The translations under genes were made by a program, and so were the position numbers. 64,000 bases of DNA from Octopus vulgaris (taxonomy: Eukaryota): NCBI GenBank assembly GCA_951406725.2, contig OX597815.1, forward strand, positions 34,844,001 through 34,908,000. Direction: 5' to 3'. Below the pieces are notes generated by a model. It made no database searches, was not told the origin of the DNA, and saw only the letters and a list, made by a program, of their open reading frames with translations. Positions 51,790 through 64,000 of the stretch are shown one piece after another; the stretch's first letter is position 1; each line of letters opens with the position of its first letter.

Positions 51790-53800
51790 ACTGCTTGCAT
51801 CCAGAATATAAGCAAAATTAAATGAGACAGGTGGATTATGAAACACTGATTTAAAGTGTTACATTCCCAACATTACAATATTCAGCACAAACGGGTACTA
51901 TAAAAGAGTTGTTTGCACTGTGGAGAAGTGAACAAGGAAGTGAAAAAATATTACTGCGAACACATTTGCGAATATACGGAGATTTATAATGAATAATTAC
52001 TAAATCTCCAAAATTGAATCAAAACAAACCACAGAAAGAATTGACGTAAATAAATTTTTTAAAATACAACACAAAAAATATGGTCTTACCATAAATTAAT
52101 GAAATTAACACAACTGATTCCATCATATACAACAAATCTGGGACGTAACAGCTATGATTGAACATACAGAAAATAAATCTTCAAAATGTGGTCAAAATGC
52201 TACAGGACTCACACACAAGAAGCAAATAATGCATTGCAGCAAATTCAAAACAGAAACAAGCAAAAACAAGTTCTAAAATCCAGAAGGCACACGCACAATT
52301 ACAATATATCCTTGACTCCACACGTAACAGCAAACAATGAACACACACATTACAACAGATCAATCCGCGTTAACATTGAGGACGACTTAATAGAAACAAT
52401 AGATAAATTACAAAAAGCAAGCATGACAAAGTTGGCCAGCATAAATCTAAAGTAAACATCTGCTCAAGCTACACATAGATAACAGCACAACACAAATAAA
52501 TACATAAATAAATAAATATAACAGAACCGGCAGGAAATTCTGTCAAAGTAACAAACTACCCGGATGTCAACTGAATGGCCTAATGTATTCAGCAATAAAA
52601 TATTGAGGAAAACCAGATAGAGACGGATCTGCCGCAGCACCTTCACACAAATATATTTTATGGATTTGAGAAAAAGAGGGGGAAAAAATCCCTTTCTTCA
52701 CGAAATGGAAAAGCAGGAATCTAACATAAGGTAAATAAAGGATCGATGGAACTAAAAGGGGTAATATCAATAAAAAAAAAGAAGACAACACAGAAACAAA
52801 ATAGATAAATAAATCAATAAAGTAAATAAAATAATATGAAAAATCTTAGGCGAACCATTAAAAAAAAGCAGATGCCTCGAAAAACGTGCGTACTTCTTTA
52901 AGAAGAATTCGGTATTTGAATTAAACACCAAAAGATTTTGCATGTCTATTAAAAAAAAAAAAAGGTCTACAGTACCGAATGACATGCTGATGTTAACGGG
53001 AATTCATACTCGAAGGGAATGGGGAAAAAATATTCAGCTCAAGAAAAATCACACTGGATTAGGAGGGAAGACAAAAAAAAATATAAAAAAACTAATAGTG
53101 CGGCATGCATGACCCATAATAGCAAGCAAGAGATTCACCAACGCATAAAAAAAAAAACTGCAAATAACTGGAAAAGCCCTGAAGATTGACAAGATCCACA
53201 AATTCTGGTCGAAATGTCATTTTACCAATATTTATGCATATATGGCGATAACATTTAATAAGATGATGCTTGCTAGGGAAGAACGCAACATTAATCCTCA
53301 AAGTAAAAAAAAAAACAAACAAAAAAAAAACAACAAAAAAACAGGGATTCTAAAAATTACGGGCAAGTTACTTACTAACAACGCAAAATAGTTCTTACAA
53401 CAGGCTGGTTGCTCCCCTAGAGCTGCAATAATATATTTCTAATGAAACAGAAAAGCGCCGAAAAGAGTGGTTGTAAAAATCAGTTACTGTTAAACCAGGC
53501 TGTTATAGAAGACAGCAAAAAGAGAAAAAACAAACCTCGGTGTAGCTTAATATGACTACCAAAATCATTTGACTATATAACACACTCTGCGATAACAAAA
53601 ATACTCCACGTAAATAAAAACATGCCCAATGTTAACAAAATAAACTAACTATACCATGTAAAAAATAGAAAACAACATTATTACTATAAAAGAAGATAAT
53701 TATTATTAGTTCTATACCTAGAGAGGCTCACTATCCTCTCTGTACTCTGGCCTTGTTTTGACTACATTAACAAAGCTGTTGAATTAAAACTACTGATGGG
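51790..53800 (+). mobile_element. Decayed R4/Dong-clade LINE ORF (N-terminal region to RT)
   Basis: NWKSP..DKIHKFW, DSKNYGQVT, GCKNQLLLNQAVIEDSKKR..NLGVA*YDYQ..FDYITHS, GSLSSLY (cf. QGDSLSPLLF). Confidence 0.75.
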
Positions 53801-53866
53801 TACGGACACATCTGACAAATAACCCTCTTGCATATATGGATGACTTGCATATATTTCCAGTTGGAA

Positions 53867-54053
53867 AAGGCGGCGAGCTGGCAGAAACGTTAGCGCGGCG
53901 GGCGAAATGCTTATTTCGTCTGTCGTTACGTTCTGAGTTCAAATCCCGCCAAGGTCGACTTTGCCTTTCATCCTTTCGGGATCGATAAATGAAGTACCAG
54001 TTTTGCACTGAGGTCGATGTGATCGATTTAATCCATTTATCTGTCCTTGTTTG
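53867..54053 (+). mobile_element. SINE family A
   Basis: Homologous to 210-400. Confidence 0.85.
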
Positions 54054-54054
54054 A

Positions 54055-54145
54055 ACTAAACAGCTGTATAGATGTAAACACAATTTTTTCTTCTTCCTCC
54101 CTTCCTTCTTTCTTTCCTTTTCTTTTCCATTGACTCTCCTTTCAG

Positions 54146-54197
<52 letters not shown>

Positions 54198-54446
54198 TCG
54201 CTGGACAATGATTATGACGATGATATATCCAGACAAATTTTTGAAAAATATCTTTTATCAAAACAAGACTCCCTTAGAGTAGCCATCTGGTTTTGCCACT
54301 TTTAAAGGCCAAGAATCAACCCATCACTTTCTATTGAAAGAACTGACCAGCTGTATAGATGTAAACACATTTTTTCTTCTTTCTCTCTTCATTCTTTCTT
54401 TCCTACTCTTTTCCATTGACACTCCTTTCAGATACACAAGCACACA

Positions 54447-54513
<67 letters not shown>

Positions 54514-54520
54514 AAACACA
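54055..54520. repeat. Local tandem duplication (about 290 bp period)
   Basis: cagctgtatagatgtaaacaca..ttttccattgac(t/a)ctcctttcagatacac at about 54061 and 54348. Confidence 0.85.
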
Positions 54521-54799
54521 CACTCTCTAATTTTCTCCCCATTTCTCACCCTATTTTACTATCCTATATCTCTCTCCACCCCTACACACTCAATAATACT
54601 ATAAAAAGAGACGAATCCCCTCAAATTCAAATCTGAAGAATTTACTAGAGTAGATGCAAGCGCTAATATAGGATTTATAAAGACATGTGACATATTAATA
54701 AAAATCTGTAAATGTACAACCATCCAGATTTCTGAGTACCTTATTGTTCCTAATATATAATACCTGCACATTACCTCCAAACCTTCTAATATATATATA

Positions 54800-54935
54800 T
54801 ATTTTCGTCTACCAAATCCACTTACAAGGCTTTGGTCGGTCCGAGGCTATAGTAGAAAACATTTGCCCAAGGTGCCACGCAGTGAGACTGAACCCTGAAC
54901 TATGTGGTAGGGAAGCAAGCTTCTTACCACACAGT
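54800..54935 (-). mobile_element. SINE family B, 5' half
   Basis: Reverse complement of 490-620. Confidence 0.78.
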
Positions 54936-56063
54936 GTATGCATAAATGTATATATGTGCGTATTTGTATGTATGTATGTTTGAGTGCACACACACACACA
55001 CAATACACACGTGTGTATATATATATGTGTATATATACATGTGTATATATACATATATATATGTGTGTGTGTGTTGAGAGAGAGAGAGAGACAGTGAGAA
55101 AGACGGAGATAGAGATAGAGGGAGAGAGATATAGTTACATAGATAAAGGGAAATTATCTAGCTAGCTAGATGCACACATACATACATACATACATACATA
55201 CATACATACATACATACATACATACATACATACCATACATACATACATACATACATACATACATACATTTCCTTGTTTAGGACAACTATGACCTTTCCCA
55301 AGTCCATTATGAAATAAGAACTGAATCTATATATAATGCATCTATGAAAGTATGTGCGCATGTATGCATGCATGCATGGCAGTTCCTTTCTATCTTAAAT
55401 TATTTAAAATTTTCTTGTGAAGAAGGAGCTGGTTTCTTGCAACGATACAGAGCCACGTCATTGAAATGTTGGTAACAAGAACAACGTCATTTTTTTTTTA
55501 ACTTGTGAGAAGTCTTGCGTTTTCTACTGTTCCGCTTACTGATTGCATTTTTAATGGGAGAATTAAATGGTTAATTTCTTTTACTGAAAACACCAGCTTT
55601 TTCTTGATTGACATTTAAGCATTTACAAACAAAACTTAGTGAACCAGTTACTATTGGTATGAACGTGAATTTAAAATCTGGGTACAGATGCTGGAGGTTA
55701 GGAAGCAATAACTCTTTAATTTTGTATGCACGCATGTATGCATGCACGTATAATCTTTACTTCTTCAGTTTGTTTCAATCAACACAACGGAAGCCATGTT
55801 AGATCACCACCCACAGATTAGAATGAATTTTTTTTAATGAATTTTCAGTCGTTCCAGCGGATAAAAGAGAAGCCCAATGTTCTATTAGTACACGTGGCAT
55901 TTCAATTTGTGAATTAACGAGTTGGTGGAAGCTACTGGTTTGGTTTGATATACATGAATATATAACTATCTTTGTAAGCGTATATGAAAGAATATATGTG
56001 TACATGTATATATATATATATATATAACGGGAAGCTTTATGAAAATAAACAAAAGACGAAGGC

Positions 56064-56101
<38 letters not shown>

Positions 56102-56315
56102 GCATGTATGTAGTTGATATGTATGGAAATACACATTTTTATGTACATCTGCCGGTAGATGATTTAAAATAATATATGCATGATTATACAATTAATTTAT
56201 GCAAGCGTGATTGATATATATGTAAATGTTTATATGAATGAACACTCATACACGCATGCATACACGCATACACACTCACACGATGCACATAGTGAGTGAT
56301 ATAGCTCTGCTTCAT

Positions 56316-56360
<45 letters not shown>

Positions 56361-56737
56361 TTATTTATATATCGCTCTGTTTATCTCTATCTCTCTCACC
56401 CTCTCCCTCTGCATACACACACACACACATGCATATAAATATCTTATTGAATGACAGGAGAATTACGTAATCAACATTTCATTCGCTTGCAGCTGTTTCT
56501 ACTATAAATAGCAATAGCACCATAATGCACACATGCACACACACACACACACACACACACGTACGCACACACACACGTACGCACACACACACGCACACAC
56601 GCTCACACACATGCATGTTAACCTACTTACCTTACTTATAGCTTATATATGTGTGTACTTACCTTACTTGTAGGTTATATATGTGTGTGTATGTATGTAT
56701 GTATGTATGTATGTGTGTGTGTGTATGTGTGTCTGTA

Positions 56738-56775
<38 letters not shown>

Positions 56776-56936
56776 TGTTTGTGAGTGTGATTAAGGAGTT
56801 CGTTTCGCAACCACGTAGTTTCAAATTCACTCCTATACTTTCGAGCAGTTTCTTGTGAGCAAGTGTGATAGACAGAAACTGTATGGAATCCCATCGTATA
56901 TACATACATATATATTATATGTGTGCATGTGTGTAT

Positions 56937-56971
<35 letters not shown>

Positions 56972-57321
56972 CATATGTGTACGTGTGTGAGTATGTGTAT
57001 ATAGATAGATAGATAGATATACATATACATATATATTTATTTATATATGTATATATATGTGTGTATGTATGTATTTTTGTATGTATGTATGTTTGCATGT
57101 ATGTATGTCTGTGTTTGTGTGCATGTCTTTACATTTGTCCCCATACGGGCTTGGAACAAGTATTGACTTGTTTTGGTCCCAGCAAATTATCCTTTCAGTA
57201 AAAAACGCCTCGAAATAAGAGCACGAAATATAGCAATGAGGTTGATTTGTCCGATTAAACCCACTTCAAGGTGGCATCTATGCATTGCCGCAGTCCAATG
57301 ACTGAAATGAATTAAAGAATG

Positions 57322-57420
<99 letters not shown>

Positions 57421-57427
57421 ATCTATC

Positions 57428-57695
57428 TCCATGACCGAACTGCAGTCGTGGATCAAAAAGAGGCCGAGGAAGGGCGAATGGCACCGCGAGTGTCGCGTTG
57501 CTCTCAAGCAACTATGCCGTCCCGGGTCGACCTTGAGTGACTTCAACACAACCAAAGCATTCTATAGGGGATTAGTGGAGGGGAGGTATGACGACGATCT
57601 CGGGGCGAACCTGGACGTCGACGAGGAATACCTGACCCGCCTGTTCTGGACGACTTTCGGGTCAGGACCCATGGACAACTTCCAGAGCGCTACCC
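57428..57695 (+). mobile_element. GC-rich internal fragment, probably L1/Tx1-clade ORF2 (region upstream of the C-terminal zinc finger)
   Basis: Open frame TELQSWIKKRPRKGEWHRECRVALKQL..TKAFYRGLVEG..LFWTTFGSGPMDNFQ; embedded between (CTAT)n and (CCTG)n; no splice signals. Confidence 0.5.
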
Positions 57696-57804
57696 ATCTG
57701 CCTGCCTGTTTGCCTGCCTGTCTGCCTGCCTGTCTGTCTGCTTGTCTGCCTGTCTGTCTATCTATCTACACACCCATACATACATTCATACACACACACA
57801 CGCA

Positions 57805-57935
57805 TATATAAAATTCAGTCTGCGTGTTACCTCTATGCACGGTCAAATCGCTGGATCAATCTGTACCAAATTTGGCATGAAGTTTTTCATTACTCGGGGA
57901 AGGTTCTAGGAGGGACAAATTTTGGCCCTTCCCCA
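57805..57935 (+). mobile_element. Possible Helitron 5' fragment
   Basis: atatataaaa..gtctgcgtgt..ctggatcaatctgtaccaaatttggcatga resembles the 5' region of the Helitron at 10090. Confidence 0.4.
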
Positions 57936-58246
57936 TATATATATATTCACGTATGTATGTATGTATGTATGTATGTATGTATGTATGTATGCATGTATGT
58001 ATATATGCATATATGTATGTGTATACACACACATATATATATGAACATATATATACATGTATGTATATATATATACATATACATACACACATAGACATTC
58101 ATATATGCATACATACATGCATACATAAATACATATATACACGCATACGTATATATATATATATATGTAAATTATATATGTATATACATGTAATTATATG
58201 TATATATATGTATATATATATACATATATATATATGTAAATATATG

Positions 58247-58318
<72 letters not shown>

Positions 58319-59298
58319 CAGGTCGCTTGTGGGCGTTAGTTGCCAGAGAAAATCCTGTACAGCCTCTTACACGGTCGGATGCAACTAAAATGGCACCCAA
58401 CGAAGCAAATGTGATTAGAGTAGTTATTAGAAAACCTAGCAGGACAAAACTAGCTCTGTCAAATATCAGCATAAACCACGCACTAGGTCAACATTACAGA
58501 GAAGGGATAGAGAAACACTAGAGATGATGACCGAGCGAGCAATAAGAACACATGGGTGTTGGACCTCTGATTCAGATCAGTACATACGTCTAGATGATGG
58601 AAAATGCCAAATTCAAATACCCACTCTCTTGCAGAGAAGACTGCAATATACTGTCTTGTAAATGTTAGGGATAGCAGAAAGCTAATGGAAAGAACCGCAC
58701 AGTTTCTTGATAAACTCTAACTAGTTTCCTGCAATTTCTATATACAAGTACAGTCTAATTTCCAACCGTTCTGGCCACGTCAAGCCTTTATTGAGCAAGA
58801 GAGTGTGAAAAATGTTGCTCAATTTCGCCCTACTTAAAACTCAGTCCAGTGAAAGACATGATTCACCTCATGACGTGAGATTTTAGGAACAACATGCAGA
58901 TAGTGGGCAATAAATTGTGCTGGATCATGCTCGTCTGAGATAATGAATTTCAGTGACTTCTGTAATATCCTCACGATCAAGGGCTTATGGACGTTGAAGT
59001 AAAAGCAGTCGCAGTCGCAGTCGCCAATACCCGGCTCTGCGTGTGTAGGTGTGTGTGTGTATATATATATATACAATATATACACACATGTATTCATTGA
59101 AACCAATGGACACAACTGTCACCACAACCATAAGAACCTGAAGATTGCATGAATGCAAGAAAGTATACTAGTTCAATAAGAATAGACATTTAATATTTCA
59201 TTTCATTTCTTTTTACTATATTATTTTATATCTTATATTAATATTATAAGATTATAAATAAAACGTGAAAAACAGAGTTGAAATTTCTTTGAATTATA

Positions 59299-59344
<46 letters not shown>

Positions 59345-60145
59345 TATGTGTGTGTGTGTGCGCTTGTATACAAAAATACAAAAATATACACACACATATA
59401 TATTATTTGTGTGTAAATACAAAAATATATACACACATGCGTATTTTTCTGTTAGGTTTGTATGTGTGTGTATAGTATGTATTTAGTTATGTGCATGTAT
59501 TACGCATAAATATTCCCCATAAATGTTTCCTGATTAAAAAGGCGCTGTTTATGGATTATTTTAAAATTAATATAAATCCGTCTGAGAAGCCAGAATGTAT
59601 ATACTTTAGTCACACAAATTTTTTTTTGTTTGTTTTTCCTGTCCATATTTGGTAAAGGGAGATTATAATTAAAATGGAAAATAGTTTGCAAAATTAAATC
59701 ATAAAATAAACAAGGCAAAAACAAAATTGAAATCTCAACTTAAGATATTAATTTAAAATAAACAGCGAGTGGGAATCAATACTTTGTCTCTAATATGTGA
59801 ATTTAATTAGCATTTAATTATGAATTTAAATTAAATACGTATAATTAAGGTATAATGTTTTAGCGGTACATGTGATAAAGTGTGATAAGGTGTTACAATA
59901 CTTTTGTCGATGTCTTATATCTGGAGGCTCAGGGGTCGTGAGTTCGTAAACTGGTGCGAGAATAAACTCTCCCTGATCCTTTGAACCCGGTTGCATATCT
60001 ACTACGAATAGGGCTGTTGGGGGTTGGAAGTGGATGTAGAAACAACAACACTACGATGGGGTTTTTTCTCCCCCCTACAGGAGAATTAAACATAATTGAA
60101 AAACCTCATGGCAGAATGAATATCTTTCTAGTTGTGGCATATGGA

Positions 60146-60516
60146 AGCACTCAGTCGGTTACGACGACGAGGGTTCCGGTTGATCCGAATCAACGGAACA
60201 GCCTGCTCGTGAAATTAACGTGTAAGTGGCTGAGCACTCCACAGACACGTGTACCCTTAACGTAGTTCTCGGGGATATTCAGCGTGACACAGAGAGTGAC
60301 AAGGCCGGCCCTTTGAAATACAGGTACAACAGAAACAGGAAGTAAGAGTGAGAGAAAGTTATGGTGAAAGAGTACAGCAGGGATCACCACCATCCCCTGC
60401 CGGAGACTCGTGGAGCTTTAGCTCAATAAACACTCACAACGCCCGGTCTTGGAATCGAAACCGCGATCCTATGACCGCGAGTCCGCTGCCCTAACCACTG
60501 GGCCATTGCGCCTCCA
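60146..60516 (-). mobile_element. tRNA-derived SINE, head type E with tail type D
   Basis: TSD agttgtggcata at 60130-60141 and 60518-60529. Confidence 0.9.
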
Positions 60517-60559
60517 AAGTTGTGGCATAAAGCTGGCAATTAAGAGAAGCCGTTTAAAG

Positions 60560-61145
60560 AATCACATTGACCCCGTACTTGACTGGTACTTTATGTTATT
60601 TATTTCTTTACTACCCACAAGGGGCTAAACACAGAGAGGACAAACAAGGACAGACAAAGGGATTAAGTCGATTATATCGACCCCAGTGCGTAACTGGTAC
60701 TTATTTAATCGACCCCGAAAGGATGAAAGGCAAAGTCGACCTCGGCGGAATTTGAACTCAGAACGTAGCGGCAGACGAAATACTTATTTTTTTACTACCC
60801 ACAAGGGGCTAAACACAGAGAGAACCAGCAAGGATAGACAAATAGATTAAGTCGATTATATCGACCCCAGTGTGTAACTGGTACTTATTTAATCGACCCC
60901 GAAAGGATGAAAGGCAAAGTCGATCTCAGCGGAATTTGAACTCAGAACGTAGCGGCAGACGAAATACCGCTAAACACTTCGCCCAGCGTGCTAACGATTC
61001 TGCCAGTTCACCGCCCTGGTACTTTATGTTATCGACGCCGTGAGGATGAAAGGAAATGTCGACTTCGATGGGATTTGAACTCAAAGCGAAAGAGCCAGAA
61101 GAAATGCTGTGTCCGACATGCTAACGATTCAGCTAACCCGCTACC
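60560..61145 (-). mobile_element. Dimeric SINE family A (60600-61015) nested in an older family A copy
   Basis: Body duplicated; ctggtactttatgttat repeated at about 60583 and 61016 as a TSD. Confidence 0.85.
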
Positions 61146-61699
61146 TACTTATGGTACAATGAATGACAAAAAGAAACTGAAGCTATTGAGGAGTCAGTTA
61201 TGAGGAAATGTTCTCTTGTGCATCATTTAGTCAAAGAAGGGCGGTGGATTACATAATCTCGGGATCAATAGAGAAATAAGCAGTAGCATTTGTTTACATT
61301 CTACTGTGTTCAAGACTTGCCGGATCAGCTTTATATTCTTCGTTCCAGGATCGATTAATAGAGCATTATTCAGGTAGTGGAGTCGATATAATCGACTATA
61401 CCTTCTGCAAACGTCTTTTGTGTATCAAGAAATAATTTTCCAATCTGGTGTGGTTGAAGCAGTCGAGGTGTTGAGACTGGTGAAAAATACAGGTAGATAT
61501 TTTTAAATGTATAATTTCAGTGTGGTTCAATCTTGTACACTGTATTTTACAAAAAATGTTATTACTAGATCTTTCAATTTCGCTAGATATTTTATATGCA
61601 TACACGCTACAGCGAAGTTGCTTTTCTAGGCCAAAAGCCTTCTCCGCCCAACTCTTAGAACTTTCATGAATGAAATAAATTTATCACGACACTAGTACT

Positions 61700-63585
61700 T
61701 AAGATGTAGCATTCCTAGACTTGCAACAATCTCAATTTATTTCGCATAGTTTCATTAGAGATGACATTCTTAAAAGCACGCAACACATTACTTTGTTTCA
61801 AATGTTTATTTGGTTTGAGATGAAAGTTAAGAGCTAGTCAAAAGATTTAATTCCTAACACTTTGTCTGGCATAAGCCTGAACCTGAACAATGACAGCAGC
61901 TAAACCAATTGGTAATCTTCTGGGAAATCAATTTTTGATATTTTGGGAATTTTAGGGCGTGTCGTTGCTCCCTTTGTATTACTATTTCCCGAAGCAGATT
62001 TCCTTGGATTCTACTGCCTTATTATACAAATGGTTGCCAGCCCTGACTAAACTATCTACGACCTGTATATTTCGACTCGCGGATTCTTTTTTATTTAAAT
62101 CTATCAAACAAATTATCGCAATGGAAGTGATTGTGATTATCAATGAAGTAATAGTCATGAATTTGAAGAGTTTAGAGAGGAGGAAATAAATGGTTTTCCC
62201 ACATTAAAGAGCAAACCAGATATTGATTTATTGGAATCTATAGAAGCTTTGCAGTCACAAAACATTGTGAATTTGATCCAACTGTCCGTATGCAGGATGT
62301 TATATTGTTCCTCAGGTGTAACACTTACTTGTGACACTGAACACAAAACTATTGATGACTGAAAAACTGCAGTATAAAAGGAACTGTACTTATATTCGAG
62401 ATTCACTGTGAAAGCCACCCAGCCATAGCGAGATCACTCAACCTACCTCTCCCTGTTTACAACGATGTAAACTAAACTACAAATTTATGCAGCTGTATTC
62501 TTTAAATCTTTTACTGATATCACTCACTGGACTGTAACCATTTTGATGCTTCCTCACCATGAATGTACATAATTCCTAATAGCAGACCTTTCGAACTTCA
62601 CTAACAAGTCATGATATTGTTTTTGTTTTGTCTTTTTAATAACAGATGTCATCACACCCAAATAAAGGTTCGTGTTCCATATAATATGACTCCCGCTGTG
62701 AGATTTGATACTGTGAGAGAACAACGGATTATAGTAGAACATGTAAATATTTTATACTTGACTGAATGAACTGTGTAACAGCTGACTTGGATGCAATAGA
62801 AACGCGATTACCCGTCAACATACAAACAAGGGTATATCCACCAATAAATTTAGGACGGCCACCTCATACGTGACCTAAACCAGAGCATTAGAAAATATAA
62901 TTCTTAAATGTTACTTATGTGGATACATGACAATCAATGGATAAAAGTTTTGCAGAATATCCAAATCCAGTCAGACACGGAAGGCGACTAGCAACACTAA
63001 CAGTAGATAATTGAACATTATCTGTATAAACCAGCAATGCTTGCAGAAAACAATAATACTTTCTAACATCGACACAAGATCACACATTTTGCAGGTGATT
63101 ACATTGAAAGCGGTGATTTTATTGATACTGGAAGAAAGAAACACGAAGCCATCATGAACACAATTTGAACACAGAACACAAATGAACATAACTAATTACC
63201 AATTAATTCAGTGATTTCCCCATTCTGCTAACTACTAATGACGATGCAACTATCACTTACAATATAGATACTCAATGACATAAAGAACGACTCACAATGA
63301 CATTCCTAAAAGCACTTAACGAATTACTTTAGTTCAAATGCACACTTGGTTTGAAATAAAAGTTAAGAGTAAGTCAATGAGATTTAATTCTCAACCTTTT
63401 GTCAAATATAATTCTAAAATTGATCAATGACAACAACCAAGCCATTGATAACCTTCACAAAATATTATGAATATAAGCTAACTTTCCGTATGCAAACTGT
63501 TATATTGTTTCAAAGATATAACATTTGATTGTGACTGTGTGGTCGAACACATTGATATTTTTATTAACAGCAGATATTGAATTTA
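61700..63585 (+). mobile_element. Highly decayed Gypsy-like relics in tandem (gag knuckle, protease and RT remnants)
   Basis: KCYLCGY (zinc knuckle-like, about 62905), NIDTRS (cf. IDTGS, about 63065), MTF..FKC.FGL; 61760-61866 aligns with 63297-63403 and 62256-62380 with 63456-63580. Confidence 0.4.
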
Positions 63586-63778
63586 TTTTTCACCTTTTCT
63601 TTTCTTTTTCCTTTACTTTGTTTTTTTTTTATTTATATTTATTGAATGTTTGGAGATTTTGTATGGTATTTATAAATTGTCTCATAGTATGAACATATAT
63701 TTGAATTATCTGCTCATGATACAAGCTTGTTAATATTAAATCCTTGCTCAGTTGATGTATTCAACAGTTATAGCAGCA

Positions 63779-63860
<82 letters not shown>

Positions 63861-64000
63861 ATATAAAGTCTCCCTGCATTCGCTTTCATCTCCAACACCT
63901 CTGCACATGCCTAGTCGTTGAATCCTCTACTGAATCTAGATAATCCATTTCAAAATATGTCGATACATATGAAACAGAGAGCTGACCACTCCCCGATTTA

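Noticed and set aside
58320-59040. (TA)n-flanked segment suspected to be another PLE
   Set aside because: No convincing RT, GIY-YIG or hammerhead motif could be read

Overview
AT-rich, microsatellite-saturated eukaryotic DNA with no confidently identifiable host protein-coding exon, so most likely intronic or intergenic. The SINE repertoire and the density of simple repeats suggest an octopus-like cephalopod genome (inference from pattern recognition, not from a search). Nearly all ORFs in the supplied track are microsatellite artefacts. The real content is mobile DNA: many tRNA-headed modular SINEs, decayed Tc1/mariner transposons (one maT/DD37D-like, three mariner), two complete non-autonomous Helitrons (one carrying a PIF1 helicase fragment), two Merlin-like MITEs, Gypsy relics, R4/Dong-clade, RTE, CR1/Jockey-like and Tx1-like LINE relics, and at least two decayed Penelope-like elements (PLEs). 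The most notable signal is a set of unrelated short, highly structured elements sitting in (TA)n tracts that carry minimal type I hammerhead ribozymes with palindromic stem III. These are at 2-75 (+), 6365-6445 (-), 20071-20140 (+, intact core at the tip of a long rod) and a decayed copy at the 3' end of a PLE (about 6618-6655, -). Long palindromes also occur at the ends of microsatellite-embedded inserts. Together they suggest a PLE-mobilised, microsatellite-targeting ribozyme/retrozyme system. Coordinates were read by eye, and edges of decayed elements are approximate.
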